DNA of 64,000 nucleotides from Eledone cirrhosa (Eukaryota): NCBI GenBank assembly GCA_964016885.1, contig OZ024740.1, forward strand, positions 259,036,001 through 259,100,000, in the 5' to 3' direction. Each line of letters opens with the position of its first letter. Positions within the stretch are counted from its first letter, which is position 1. Positions 12,100 to 29,056 of this stretch are shown here, in pieces. Below the pieces are notes generated by a model that worked only from the letters and a program-made list of their open reading frames with translations, had not been told where the DNA came from and did not search any database. The translations under genes and the position numbers were made by a program.

Positions 12100-13086
12100 G
12101 GGCAGTTTTGTTTCATTGAATCAAACCCAGTTTTGACCGGGTTTGGCCAGGTTGGTATCAAAGAGTTTAACTGGGCAGTTTTGTTTCATTGAATCAAACC
12201 CAGTTTTGACCGGGTTTGGCCAGGTTGGTATCAAAGAGTTTAACTGGGCAGTTTTGTTTCATTGAATCAAACCCAGTTTTGACCGGGTTTGGCCAGGTTG
12301 GTATCAAAGAGTTTAACTGGGCAGTTTTGTTTCATTGAATCAAACCCAGTTTTGACCGCGTTTGGCCAGGTTGGTATCAAAGAGTTTAACTGAGCAGTTT
12401 TGTTTCATTGAATCAAACCCAGTTTTGACCGGGTTTGGCCAGGTTGGTATCAAAGAGTTTAACTGGGCAGTTTTGTTTCATTGAATCAAACCCAGTTTTG
12501 ACTGCGTTTGGCCAGGTTGGTATCAAAGAGTTTAACTGGGCAGTTTTGTTTCATTGAATCAAACCCAGTTTTGGCCGGGTTTGGCCAGGTTGGTATCAAA
12601 GAGTTTAACTGGGCAGTTTTGTTTCATTGAATCAAACCCAGTTTTGGCCGGGTTTGGCCAGGTTGGTATCAAAGAGTTTAACTGGGCAGTTTTGTTTCAT
12701 TGAATCAAACCCAGTTTTGGCCGGGTTTGGCCAGGTTGGTATCAAAGAGTTTAACTGGACAGTTTTGTTTCATTGAATCAAACCCAGTTTGGGCCGGGTT
12801 TGGCCAGGTTGGTATCAAAGAGTTTAACTGGCCAGTTTTGTTTCATTGAATCAAACCCAGTTTTGGCCGGGTTTGGCCAGGTTGGTATCAAAGAGTTTAA
12901 CTGGGCAGTTTTGTTTCATTGAATCAAACCCAGTTTGGGCCGGGTTTGGCCAGGTTGGTATCAAAGAGTTTAACTGGCCAGTTTTGTTTCATTGAATCAA
13001 ACCCAGTTTTGGCCGGGTTTGGCCAGGTTGGTATCAAAGAGTTTAACTGGGCAGTTTTGTTTCATTGAATCAAACCCAGTTTTGGC
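12100..13086 (+). repeat. Tandem satellite, 73-bp unit x ~13.5
   Basis: gggcagttttgtttcattgaatcaaacccagttttg(a/g)ccgggtttggccaggttggtatcaaagagtttaact starts at 12100, 12173, 12246 ... 13049. Confidence 0.97.
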
Positions 13087-13479
13087 GGAGTTTCTATTAG
13101 ATGAGTTAATATGTGTGACTTTGTTTCACAGAACCAGGATCGATTTAACCCGTGTTATTATCAAAAGGCTTAAAGCGCAAGCATCATTAGAGCCATTCGT
13201 TTGGTATTCTCAAGCGTAGAATCTTGATTGAATATTGGAATGTGAAATACAGAGAGCAAAATAAAGTAGGAGGAATAGGAGAGAGAGAGAATGGAGAGTG
13301 AGAGAAAGTGGGAAAGGGAGTAGATGAGAGACGAAGAGTGGGAGGAAAAAGAGAGAAAGAGATTAGGAGATAGTGTCGAAGAGGTAGAGATAGTAATAAG
13401 GTAGAACAAATAAGTGGAGTAATATGAACAAGAAGGGGAGGAGCGAAATACGAGTTATAAATGCTAATCTGTAAACATT

Positions 13480-16613
<3,134 letters not shown>

Positions 16614-16689
16614 ATGAATGAATAATGTTACTGGGTCTCAGCCGTTTGCGAAGAAAAGGCTTTCAGTTGTTCGAATAACAGAATAATGT

Positions 16690-16935
16690 GCTTGTGGAAG
16701 TAACGTTAATGTGGCTGAGCACTCCACAGACACGTGTACGCTTGACATTGTTCTCAGAGGTATCCAGCCTAGCACAGTGTGTGACAAAGCTGCACATTAA
16801 GTTACTGGTACAAATAATTTTTTCCACCTGAGTAGACTGGAGTAACATGAAATAAAGTATCTTGCTCAAGGATATAACGTGTCACTGACCCCATAGTTTA
16901 ACTCAGACCATCACGATCGCGAACATAACCACTAA
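16690..16935 (-). mobile_element. SINE (type 2; CORE-like segment)
   Basis: gtggctgagcactccacagacacgtgtac...gactggagtaacatgaaataaagtatcttgctcaagga shared with 32890-33196 and, inverted, 41255-41455. Confidence 0.7.
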
Positions 16936-17040
16936 TTCATATAAATATATACATATATATAAATATACATAGTACATACGTACATACATACATACATACA
17001 TACATACATACATACATACAAACATACAAACATACATACA

Positions 17041-17690
17041 TTAAAAGCTACAGCAATGTGGAAGACATCCATGTACATAATATGAAAGAGTACTGGTGGA
17101 ATGTTCCAGTAAAAACCCCAATAAAATGCAGGCATAACAGACCAGATATTATGATATAGGACAGGGAGAAGAAAGCATGCACAGTAGTGGAAATTATCTT
17201 CCCAGCAGATGCTAATATAATATCAAAGATTAGTGAAAAGGAGAATATTTATGCAGAACTGATGAGAAATCTGCAGATACTCCACTCTGATTACACCTTC
17301 AGATTTATACCTGTGATTATTGGGGCACTGGGATATGTTAGTAACTGCCTCAATACAAATCTTGAGAAGCTGGGCTTCACAGGAACAGAAAGAACACAAC
17401 TAGTTAGGAAATTACAAGTACAATCCATTGATGGAACAGTAAAAATATGTAAAACATTCCAAAACTTATGCATCTAATAACTGCATTTACACTTGTACAG
17501 ATGTAAAGCATATGCGCATGCATACATACAACTCAAAACATCCACATCCCCACATACAATAACATCCATACCTGCACACACATGCATGCATGTAGACATG
17601 CATACATACATATCTACCCTAGTTGCTGTTGTCTAAATTCCAATGAGAGTTTCTCTCTATTGGCAAAAATGTGTGAAATTATAAAACCAG
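17041..17690 (+). mobile_element. 3' end of an R4/Dong-like RLE non-LTR retrotransposon (restriction-like endonuclease + 3'UTR)
   Basis: HNRPDIMI*DREKKACTVVEI.FPAD...EKENIYAEL...IPVIIGALG (PD-(D/E)xK-type RLE pattern); both ends abut (CATA)n. Confidence 0.85.
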
Positions 17691-17727
17691 AACATACATA
17701 CGTACGTACATACATACTTACATACAT

Positions 17728-20700
17728 AAGTCAACGCGATCAGTCACATATTTTTGCGTGGGAGACTATTTATTAAATTTAAGATGAATACTATCTCCGA
17801 CAGTAATGCCACACCTACAGCCAGGTTGAATAACTGGTTATTCTTCTAACTATATCTTCTGAAGACACCTTTTATTCGAATTCGTAGAGATATCCGACTA
17901 AATACATAATTCATTTTACAAGGATTTGCTACAAACAGCATGGCTGAACACAAGATCAACAACAAAATTAAGGAAGTATCGAAGACAAACAACAAGAAAG
18001 GTAAACAAACTTTATTCAGTTGTAGCTACAGAAGAAACCGAAATTATAAATCGCATTTCTCTTGGAGTTGCGAACTTAATAATGATTTATTTAATTGTAA
18101 TCAAATGGCAAAAAACAATCTCTCCATTGGCTATATGAACAGAATGAAGCTACACTGGGACGAAATGTACCCAGAGCTAAATTATTTCACAACGAAACAA
18201 TTACGCCAACAAGCGACGTTTGTTGAACGTAAAAATAAGATAAATAGTATTAATTGTAAGTCCCCTACAACAAATATGGGATCAACAACACGTGCTACAG
18301 GTCGCCATGCTACTAGACTTCCGAGCAGCCAGGTCGAACAGCGCCTTGAAACAACTATGCCTGTAAGAAACTTGACACCACCTGTACCATCTAAGTCTAC
18401 CTCGAATGCTGGGGAAAACACTATTGATAATGATAATAATCGAAGAAATGTGACACCACGTGTACCATCCGAGTCTACCTCGACTGTTGTGGAAAAAACT
18501 ATCGATAATGATAATAATCAAAAGTATAAACAATTGAAAATTTCCCCAACGAAATCTTCCAGAGAGAAATTAATTCATGTATAAATATCTCTCTTGCTGA
18601 ACGTATTACAACGACAATGTTTAATAAAAAACCAAATAATGAAATATTACGTGTTATTGACGAAATAGCCGATGAATATTTACGACGGATAAAAACCCCG
18701 ACATTTTGGCAAATCAACGCCTGTTTATATGCCTTAGCAGCGACAGTGAAGCATTATATTGGTGATAGCAGAGGTATTAACAAGAACAGAACACCACCAA
18801 AAATACCATCATATATAACTAAAATAGAAAGAAAGATTGCTGACCTACGAAAAACCATAGGATATGTGACAATGCTCCTTACATGCAAACAAACACAAAA
18901 AAACCTCATTCCTCACCAACAAAGAGTGAAATATAAATTAGAGACGATGTTTGGTAACAGTAGAACCAGAACTCTTCAATAAAAGCTGATCACCCTCAAA
19001 CAAGAATTGAGAGCTGTTAGCGAAAAACGCCGATACCTGAAGAAGGTAGATGAGAGAAAAGTGCTTAATAAAAGATTCAAACGGAACCAAACATCAGTCT
19101 ATAGAGATATGAAGAACAAAATAATAAGTGTCACTGAGGCCCCATCCTAGAAAGACAGATTCCTTTTGGAGCAAAATATGGGGTGAAAAGAAGAATTTCA
19201 ACCAAGATGCAGTGTGGCTAAGAGAAATCCGAAAGAACTATTGCTCCTACACTACAACAAAAACATACGAAATAAGTGAGGGTACCCTTGAGACTGTGAT
19301 AGGAAAACTCCAAGATAAGAAAACACCGGAAAGAGACATGATTGTCGGCTACTGGTACAAAAAACTAATATTCTATCGGAGGTATCTTACTGACCTCTAC
19401 CAACAAGTTCTTAAGGGAGATACACTTATACCAGAATGGTTGACATTAGCACAAACGTTACTGGTCCCCAAGAACAAAGACACCCACTTGGCAAAAAACT
19501 ACCGACCCATTGCATGCCAGAACCTGATGTATAAGATGTTTACAGCCTGCCTGAACCTATTCCTCCAAGATCACTGTTAAAATAATAACATCATCACAGA
19601 TGAACAAGCAGCTGGAAAGAAAAGGGTTTGGGGATGTGCTGAACAACTCCTAATCAACAAAACTGCGATGTCGGAGGTGAGACAACTTAGGAGGAATATG
19701 ACTACAATCTGGCTGGACTACAAGAAAGCTTTCTATTCTGTTCCCCATTCTTGGATGATAGAGGCCCTCCAACTAGCTAAAGTCTCAGACATTATTGTCA
19801 GAGCCATAGAGAAGTTGTCTTCTTCTTGGGCTACTATCCTAAGGTTAAAGACAGAGAGGGAGGACTCTATTTTCACTGATAAAATAAATATTGCAGGGGT
19901 ATATTTCAGGGGGACAGTCTCTCTGTGATATTGTTCATCTTGTCATTAAACCGCTTGTCCTTTCTGCTCAAGAAATGTGAGGGATACATCATTGGCTCAC
20001 AGGAGGACAGAAATACGAACCTAACACATAACTTCTTTGTGGGCGATCTGAAACTCTATGCCAAGAACATGGATGGGATGAAGAAAAATCTTGACCTGGT
20101 TACAACGTTCTCAAAGGATATAGGAATGGAGTTTGGCCAAGATAAATGCTCATACATGACTGTAAAGCGGGCAAAAACAACAACCCAATCTAGCAACATT
20201 GTCATCAATGGTCTAACTGTTTCACCGATATCTGATGAGGACTGCTACAGATACCTGGGGATAGATGAGACCATATCCTATAATGGTATCTATAATAAAG
20301 AACGCGTAACCAGGGAATACTACACCCGATTAAGAAAGATCTGGTCATCGGAACTCTCTGCGCAAAACAAAACAGTGGCTCACAATGTGTTTGCTGTGCC
20401 TGTCCTAACACCAACGTTTGGAATACTCAATTGGACGATAGACGAAATCCGAGCAGTTGATTTTGGAACTCGAAAAATACTGAACAACACCGGAAACTTC
20501 CACATCAACAGTGACATAGACCGCCTTTACTTGAAACGTAAGCAGGGAGGCAGAGGCCTAACATCAGTCCAGACAACATTTGAATGTCGCATCATATCTC
20601 TCCGACAACATCTACGAACCTCGAAGCGTAGGAGCCCGCTTCTCGAGCAAGTCTATCTGCATGAAACAGATAAGATCATGAGAGTTGGGAAGGAACTCTT

Positions 20701-20940
20701 TGAGAGATATTCCCTGTGTGATAATCAAAAACTCACACCCAGGGATGTCGCTCAGCAGTATCGCAGTAAATCCATGGATGAAAAACTGCATGCCTATCAG
20801 CAAAAAATCATGCATGGATATGTTGCCAGGAAGCTCCAGAGTGAGAGTAATATAGATAAGGAAAGTAGTCTATCTTGGACTAGCAACCGCTATATTGGCT
20901 CCCACTTTGAAGGATACGCTTTTGCAATCCAAGAACATGC
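17728..20940 (+). mobile_element. R4/Dong-like RLE LINE, 5' end through RT, 3'-truncated and pseudogenised
   Basis: ORF pieces 17940-18584, 18617-18982, 19128-19580 (NYRPIAC..YK), 19668-19928 (WLDYKKAFYSVPHSW), 19925-20950 (FVGDLKLY, YRYLG, RLYLKRKQGGRGL); stops and frameshifts; catalytic DD reads GD. Confidence 0.88.
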
Positions 20941-20979
20941 GTGTTTGTGACTGCACGCGCGAGTACGTTTTCCACCACC

Positions 20980-21140
20980 ATACACTCTACACTCCACTCC
21001 ACACCCTACACTCCACACCCTACACTCCACTCCACACCCTACACTCCACACCCTACACTCCACTCCACACCCAACACTCCATCCTCACCTCACTCCACAT
21101 CCTATACTCCACTCCAAACCCTCCACTCCACACCACCTCA
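20980..21140. repeat. CACTC/CACACCCTA minisatellite followed by CA-rich low complexity
   Basis: ctacactccactccacaccctacactccacaccc repeated. Confidence 0.8.
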
Positions 21141-23337
21141 CCATGCTTTATGTCGAACAGTTTTACTCTACCGTTTGTTTTCTCTTCATTTCATCTTTCA
21201 ATCTCCAACCCCCTCCGTCTCATTTACAGACGTACTGGTTTGGTTTTTCTCACATAGTCCTTACACATATACATACACACAAACACTCGTACATACACCC
21301 AAACACACACACACTATATACGTACATACATATACACAAACGCATGTACATACACACATATCACATATGTACATACACACACACGTACAGGCACAAACAC
21401 ACATACAAAATCTTTGCACACATACACAAACACATGTAAATGCACACACACAAATACAAACACACACATACATATATATATATACACATACATTCACTGT
21501 TCACATGCACATACACAAATATTCATATATACACACACATATACAATCGCAAACACGCACATACAGACACAAACACACATATACAGACACAAACACACAC
21601 ACATATATACACATACATTTCCCTGCTCATATGTACGTACACACACGCACACATATATGCACTGCACACATGCACATATACAAACATGTACATACACACA
21701 CACATATGTATGATTAAAAAGTTTACTTCGCAAAGATTAATTCCCAGGTTCGAATCCTCTGCTTGGCATCATTTACTATGGCATTGATCGACGTACGCCA
21801 TTGTAGTAAACTGTATGAGATCCCGTCAGATTATCTGTAACTCAGCCATTGTAGTAAACTGTATGAGATCCCGTCAGATGATCTGTATCTGTAACTCAAA
21901 GGGCCGATGTTGTGCTGACTATTTCACATAGCTCATGTATTTAACAACCGACAGACTTACAAATAGTTTTTGTCTACACAATGTCTCTCACAAGGCTTGA
22001 GTCGACTCACGGCTATTATGCTTAAATGGCATTTTCCCAAAATTCTATGCAATGAGATCAATACCGAAACCTTTCGGTTGCAAAGTAATCTTAACTATTT
22101 GGCAATACTAGAACACATAAGTTAAAGTTATCAATATACATCCGTTATTTCATACTTTCATAGGTCAAGTAAAGTTCACAAATCCAAAATCGCCTTGACT
22201 ACCAAAAGCGAGTGTCCTCTCCCAGCATCGTTGCTCGACCTACAGACACAAGCTGAGAGTAGTCCCTTCAGTTTTACTAAATTCCTCGGTTTTATTGGCT
22301 AACTCCATGTTGCCGTTGCTGATAGTCCTGATTTTCTAGAATTTGGAGTGGATTTAAACTGCAAAAACCAAGTGACTTGCTCAAAAACAGAACACATAAC
22401 CAGGTCTGAATGACGAACCCACGACTTTATGATCGTGAATTCAACACCCTGACTGCTCAGATACGCGCCTTCACAGCAAATATTACAACATTCGACAACA
22501 GCTCTTATCTAATTTTAACTAAATTCCTTCAATAATTTTGATAGCAAGCCTCCCGAAATAGGTCCTGGTTCTATGATACTAAGCTGCCTATTTAAAAGTG
22601 TATATACATATATACCTATAAGTGTGTATACCAACTTTATGTAAGAACCGTTCTTAAACTATATTCCAAACCGAAACTTAAATATGTCACGGTTATATTA
22701 CTAAATCTCTCCAAATTCTTGATAATTTCCAAAGATTTTAGAATTTTATAAGCAATGACTCTTCTTGGAAATATGGTAAATAAAGGGTTAAGACTGTGCT
22801 CCAGTATGGTTGCAACCGAATAACGAAAACTAGTAAAAGAATAAAAGAACCCTTATCTATTTCATGAACGAAAAGAGCTATTTCTCCCCCACAACCCAAA
22901 ACAATAGGACCATCATGATCTCTCCACCACTTAACTAATCCCCGTTTCATACGTGAAGGATTAAGTTAATCTGTCCCTCTCCTACATGTGTGTTCTATGT
23001 CAACCCCACCTCCTCTCACTTGCAGCATTAGTCTGGACAGATGACCTGTCTCTCCATGAAACCATAACTGACCGATGATGGACGTGTTTAATTGACGGGC
23101 TTAAAAGCAGTCATCAAAGACAGGATTCCATCTTGTGTAAATTGGTAAAGGGAGATAATCTTGTAACGATTCAACTTGTCTATCATCGAGTAATTAGTAG
23201 AGCCGTGAGGGTAATGGTTGGGGGGGAGGGATATGTAGATAGAAGTAGGGGGTTGTGGTGATGGTTGTACTGATTGTAGTGGTAGTGGTTGTAGTGATGG
23301 TGGTGATGGTATGGTGGTGGTAGTAGTGCTGGTGCTG

Positions 23338-23388
<51 letters not shown>

Positions 23389-23855
23389 ATGAGGGAGGTG
23401 AGAGGTAGAATATGTCTGGCTGAAATGTCTAAGCATAAAGAATGACAGAAATATGATAGCAGTGGTGGTGGCGGTGATGGTGGTGTGGGTGAGCGTGGTA
23501 TTGGTAATGATGATGATGATGAGGAGGAGGAGGAGGAGGAGGAGGATGGTGGTGGTGATGATGGTAATGTACTACAACTAGCACCACCACCACCAAAACC
23601 ACTAGTACTTCTCAATGTTTTCTTTGTTTCATCTACATGTAACCCACTTCACCACTTTACCTTCTCTTTACTGATCACTGGCCACTGATTTCTGTCATTT
23701 GAGGTATTTTCAGCCGACTTACATGCTGCCATTGGCGACATTTGCCTCTTTTAACAGCTATTCTTGCGTTCAAGTTTTCAAATTATTTCTATGAAATCCA
23801 GTATAAAATATTCTCATTACAAACCACCTCGTTCCCGTCTTTATAGAAGTAATGT

Positions 23856-24065
23856 ATTGGCAGTATCGGTAGAGCATTGGACAATATGCTTTGTGGCATA
23901 GAGTTACGGCCCCTTAGGCTCTGAGATTAAATCCTGATGAGGTTAACTTTGCCTTTCATCCTTACGGGGTCGATAAAATAAAGTACCAATCACGCACTGG
24001 GGTCGATTTTATCGACATTCCTCTTCGCTTCAAATTGCTGGCCTTGTGTCAAATGAAGAAACAGT
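23856..24065 (+). mobile_element. tRNA-derived SINE (type 1)
   Basis: tggcagtatcggtagagc (A-box-like)...gaggttaactttgcctttcatccttacggggtcgataaaataaagtacc...gctggccttgtg; several copies in the window. Confidence 0.75.
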
Positions 24066-24094
24066 TATTATTACACTTGTTGTTGGTGTTACAG

Positions 24095-24127
<33 letters not shown>

Positions 24128-24352
24128 TTGCTGCTGCTGCTGCTGCTGTTTGATGCGTTTGCTTGGTTGTTTTTCAAGTTTTCAAGTAATCATATATATA
24201 CATATATAAAAATCTTCACACGTGTAAAGACAGTTGGGGGTCTTTGTGTTAATACATATGTAACTTTATATCGAAACACATATGGGTGTTTAAACGCCTG
24301 TATATTCATGTGTGTGCGTATACATACATACATACACACATACATACATCAT

Positions 24353-24417
<65 letters not shown>

Positions 24418-24433
24418 TAAAATCTCGACCACG

Positions 24434-24480
24434 ACGCCAAGTGGTTTCGGCTTGTGTTCAGCAAGCTTTTTCAAGGGTGT
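24434..24480 (-). ncRNA. Degenerate U3-A8 hammerhead-like motif
   Basis: Reverse complement acaccc-TTGAAAA-agcttg/caagcc-GAAA-ccac-TT-ggcgt; stems imperfect. Confidence 0.4.
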
Positions 24481-24584
24481 AGTAGGGTGTAGTCATATAT
24501 ACCTGTTTATGTGTGTGTGTGTGCAGGTATCTACAAATAAATATGTGTGTATCTACAGATAAATATGTGTGTATATACACAATC

Positions 24585-24872
24585 TCTACTCTCTGAGTTC
24601 TAATCCAGCCGAGGTCAACTTTGAATTTCATCCATTCATGGTAGATAAAAAAAAGTACCAGTCAAGTACTGGAGTCGATTCTTCCTCTATATCTTTTTCT
24701 CACTTCCTTTCTCTCACTCTCACTATCCTTCTCAGGAAGAAATCTACTGTATTCAGGCCGGAGAGGAGATGGGTTTGCCAGGTTTAGAGAGAGGAATGCC
24801 CTAGAAACGCCGTATGTCAACATGGAGCCCCCACGACTCCTCAGGCGTTTTGGATCTATACCATATACCATA
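24585..24872 (+). mobile_element. Composite SINE fragment plus LINE-tail-like repeat ending in (CCATA)n; relatives at 41455-41735 (+) and 42545-42660 (-)
   Basis: Shared ggagatg...aatgccctaga.acgccgtat.tcaa.atgg.gcccc.acgact motif. Confidence 0.6.
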
Positions 24873-24957
24873 TATCTATATATAATTATATACATATATT
24901 ATTGTTTATTTATATATTATATATATTATTGTTTTATTACCACTTATATTATTGTTT

Positions 24958-25045
24958 TATTACCCACTCTATTACCCTAAGTATTGAGTACTTTGGTGCG
25001 TTATGGTCCACCTGGTTCCTTACCACATTTCCTTCGTTATATATA
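24958..25045 (+). mobile_element. Isolated family A PLE terminus
   Basis: tacccactct...aagtattgagtactttggtgcgttatggtccacctggttccttaccacatttccttcgtta then (TA)n; reverse complement of 5768-5846. Confidence 0.85.
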
Positions 25046-25452
25046 TATATATATATTTGAAAGACTTATTTCTCAGTGACTTCTCAATCAGCCGACACAA
25101 ACCTACATTTGGCACAAAATCAATTTTTAACATTCACATGACCTCTACCGACCAATCAAAATTGTTTTGACCACAAGAATTTTTGCAAACGAATTGGCGC
25201 AAAACTTATTTTAATACCGCTGGAGCCACTTTTTTAACATAAAACAGGTAGAATTCCCAAAACTAATCAGATCAGAGCAAACATCACGGACGCTCTATCT
25301 CGAAATTATTTTTGAAAAGCATTAGAAATGCGCAACCGGTAAAACTTAAAACCAAAACTGAATACTAACCAATACTATTACTAATTCTCACTTATTCCTA
25401 ATTAAACTATTTTTCACTGTGAACAATTTGTCAGCATTTTCTTTTCCGTTTA

Positions 25453-25520
<68 letters not shown>

Positions 25521-25526
<6 letters not shown>

Positions 25527-26600
25527 AATATATTATCGTGGTTACGGAGGGATCGGAGAGCAGCAAGTTCGACCCGAGTGAGTTTACTCCGTTTGCAACG
25601 TTGGCGGAATTTGAACCGGTTCATGGCGCTATGGCGGGCATCAACGAAGGCGTTCAGGGTGCTAAACCGTCCAGTGAGATGGTCGCCGGCCCAGAAATTG
25701 CGCATGTAGTTTAGTGCGGAGTAGGAACCGTTCAATATCTGCTCGTGTGCGGAACTCGTTGCTATAAGTGGTGTGGGCCTCTACAGAAGAGAGAACGTTC
25801 AGGTTCGGAGAGAGTGGAGTCGGGGGTTATAACAAGTGGTGGGTGATTCGGTGGGTGGATTTGGATAGGGGTGGATTTGGATGGGCGACTGATGGGTGGT
25901 GGTGGTGGTGGTGGTGATGGTGGAAGGAAAGGTGGGGGAACGGGTGTGTGTTGTCGGGGTGCTGGGGTAGGGGAGGGAATGTCAGTGTGGTTGATGGAAG
26001 TGGGAGAAAGGAGGGAATTTATTTTGTGAAGTTTGGTGCAGGTGAGGAAAGAGAAAAGTTCGTGGTTGAGGTTTTAGATGAAGACAAGGATGGAGTGGGT
26101 GAGGAGAGGGGTGACAGATGAAGCGGAGGAGAGGAAAGGTTTAGGATAGGTCGCGGTCGAGGTTGCAGATTGCGGAGAGAGAGGAGTGGAGTGTTGTACG
26201 CATGAGAAGACGGGAGGGACAGGTGAGGATGTATTTGGTGGAGGGTGAAAAGTGGGGAAATAGATGGAGAGGAAGGCAATGGCTGAGGAATTGGACAAGG
26301 CTGGAATGCCGAGTTTTGGCGAAGAGGAGGTATGAGAGTTTCAGGGTGAGTTGATGATAGCAAGGGAGAAGGAGTGAGGTGAGAAAGTGTTTAAGGCGAG
26401 TGTGGAGGAGGCGGAGCAAGGATTTTAGGTTGAGCATGGTGGGTGAGGAGGAACAAGGGGGTGATAGGGGATGAGTGCCCTGAGGTGGGTGAGAAGGAAG
26501 AGAATGGTGCAAAAGAAAAAGAAAAAAAAAAGCCAGATTCCTGATGATTTCTAAAGAATGAAACAGTTCTAGTCCTGTAGAATCTCATCTATATTAAAAC
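25521..26600 (-). mobile_element. 5' part of a Neptune-like PLE ORF, truncated at (TA)n just before the RT
   Basis: RHSSLVQFLSHCLPLHLFPHF, TLSEPERSLL and SKLTRVELAALRSLRNHDNI resemble PLE pre-RT motifs (the last precedes ADKG); frameshifted. Confidence 0.6.
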
Positions 26601-26601
26601 T

Positions 26602-26640
<39 letters not shown>

Positions 26641-26679
26641 ATATAAAAGATCTAAGGCCATATTCAGTTGATTCAGGTT

Positions 26680-26710
<31 letters not shown>

Positions 26711-26765
26711 GTGAGGTTTTTTTTACAAAATGAAAAATAACCGAGGTGTCCTACACGAGTGGAAG

Positions 26766-26860
26766 TATAAAGAAAAAGGGATGAAATCGAAAATGCAACT
26801 GAAGTCTTATTTTTTAAAAAAAATAAGACTTCAGTTGCATTTTCGATTTCATCCCTTTTT

Positions 26861-26867
<7 letters not shown>
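26766..26867. repeat. Near-perfect ~100-bp palindrome abutting (TA)n
   Basis: tataaagaaaaagggatgaaatcgaaaatgcaactgaagtcttatttt / aaaataagacttcagttgcattttcgatttcatccctttttctttata. Confidence 0.95.
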
Positions 26868-26940
<73 letters not shown>

Positions 26941-27629
26941 TCAGTTGATTCAGGTTTATATATATATATATAGCAATAATAATAAATTTGAAGACTAAAA
27001 TCCAAAGAGAGCTCGATAAGGATAAATATATATCAAATATATAAGAACCGTAGAGCAAATATTTATTAAAATAACAGATTAAAGTTTAATATATATATAT
27101 ATAAATGAAAGTATAGAAATTATTGTGAGCGTGAAGCCAACAGTATTCCATAATATATAAGTGACTACAGCGTCAAAATGGAAAATAATTAACGTAAGAT
27201 GTGGGAAAATAATTCAAACTCAATTAAAAAAAAAATCAAGACATAGATTTATCCATAGAATTTGTGAAATCCAGGGAAAAATCAATAGAGCCTTAACTCT
27301 GAATAAAATAAAGTTTAAATACTCATCCTTCAATTTGAAAATATATATATATATATAGTGAAAGAGTGAAGAATAACATGCTCAACAGTGCAAAAAGGGT
27401 ACTGTTGACCATTATATTCTTCACTCTTTCACTATTATTTCTCCAAGATTAACTTACATGAGAACTCCCGAGAACTTATATACTCGCTACGTAAGGAAAC
27501 CTCTTGTTGAATCAAACAACGCCGTACGGTAAAACTATCCACAGTACGGAGTATTCCCAACCTCTAACTGGATTACCCATAACGATAACTTGTTATCCCA
27601 TATATATATATATGTATGTATATACATAT

Positions 27630-27660
<31 letters not shown>

Positions 27661-27690
27661 TATACATATATATGCATATATAAATATACA

Positions 27691-27801
<111 letters not shown>

Positions 27802-28286
27802 AAAAGTGACAACGAAATAGATATGATAGTGAAGGACACAGAGACAGAAATAGTGTATTAATATAGTGTATATAAATTATATATATATTTCCCCTGCTAT
27901 TGTTCTAGCTATTATATTCCTCGTTATTTATCGACCAACAAAAGATTTGATCATAAATGTGTCAGGACTCCTGAACTAGATTGAACTTATGACCGGCTGA
28001 TAATTATCACATTTCAAGAATCATTTTCATATAGAGCTTAAAGATGTCCTATATATATGTGTGTGTGTGTGTGTGCGTGTGTGTGTGCACGCACATATAT
28101 ACACATATATATGTGTGTGTGTTTGTGTGTGCGTATATATATTTATATATATATATATATGAAAAGAGATATAAACATATGTATGTGTGTATGTAAAGAT
28201 ATATAAGTACGTATATGTGTGTACATATATAAATATATACATATATATGTTTGTGTTTGTATGCATCAATACATATCTGTATATAT

Positions 28287-28325
<39 letters not shown>

Positions 28326-28377
28326 AATATATAATATATATATACATACATATATATTTATATGTGTGTGTGTGGTG

Positions 28378-28409
<32 letters not shown>

Positions 28410-28547
28410 AACTGCATGCAGCCAGCCATGTTGTCACCATAGTGCCAGTTCTTTAAATCTCTCATAAATAATAACTGTAGACTTTGTGATGTTGGCAACA
28501 GTCATGCAGAATACTTATCTGAACATTACATTGATGTATGACTCTTT

Positions 28548-28725
28548 ACTACTACTACTACTACTACTGCTGCAGCTACTACTACTACTACTATTACTAC
28601 TACTGCTGCTGCTGCTACTACTACTACTACTACTGCTGCAGCTACTACTACTACTACTATTACTACTACTGCTGCTGCTACTACTACTGCTGCTGCTACT
28701 ACTACTACTACTACTACTACTGCTG

Positions 28726-28787
<62 letters not shown>

Positions 28788-28821
28788 ACTACTACTACTA
28801 CTACTACTACTACTGCTGCTG

Positions 28822-28853
<32 letters not shown>

Positions 28854-28980
28854 GCTGCTACTGCTACTACTACTACTACTACTACTACTGCTGCTGCTAC
28901 TATTATTGCTATTGCTGCTACTGTTACTACTGCAACTACTGCTACTACTGCTACTGCTACTACTACCTCTGCTGCTGCAG
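28548..28980. repeat. (TAC)n/(TGC)n trinucleotide array
   Basis: Direct reading. Confidence 0.97.
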
Positions 28981-29056
28981 ACTAATGACCGAAACCAGTA
29001 AAAGACTAAAGTCAACTGTTCTCAAATGTCCAAGAATATAACAGGATGTTTCCATT

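Noticed and set aside
12100-13086. CRISPR-like regular array
   Set aside because: Units are contiguous with no unique spacers, there are no cas genes, and the context is eukaryotic
17795-17865. HDV-like ribozyme in the R4-like 5'UTR
   Set aside because: A hairpin and a ctaa are present, but I could not form P1, P2 and P3
23933-23945. ctgatgag hammerhead-like core
   Set aside because: A mutated form of the SINE segment ccgccgag, with no GAAA or stems in register
26535-26578. ctgatga...gaaa-cagt-tc hammerhead-like string
   Set aside because: Stem II is only 3 bp with an unpaired base, stem I is mismatched, and it is antisense to the adjacent PLE; too weak to call
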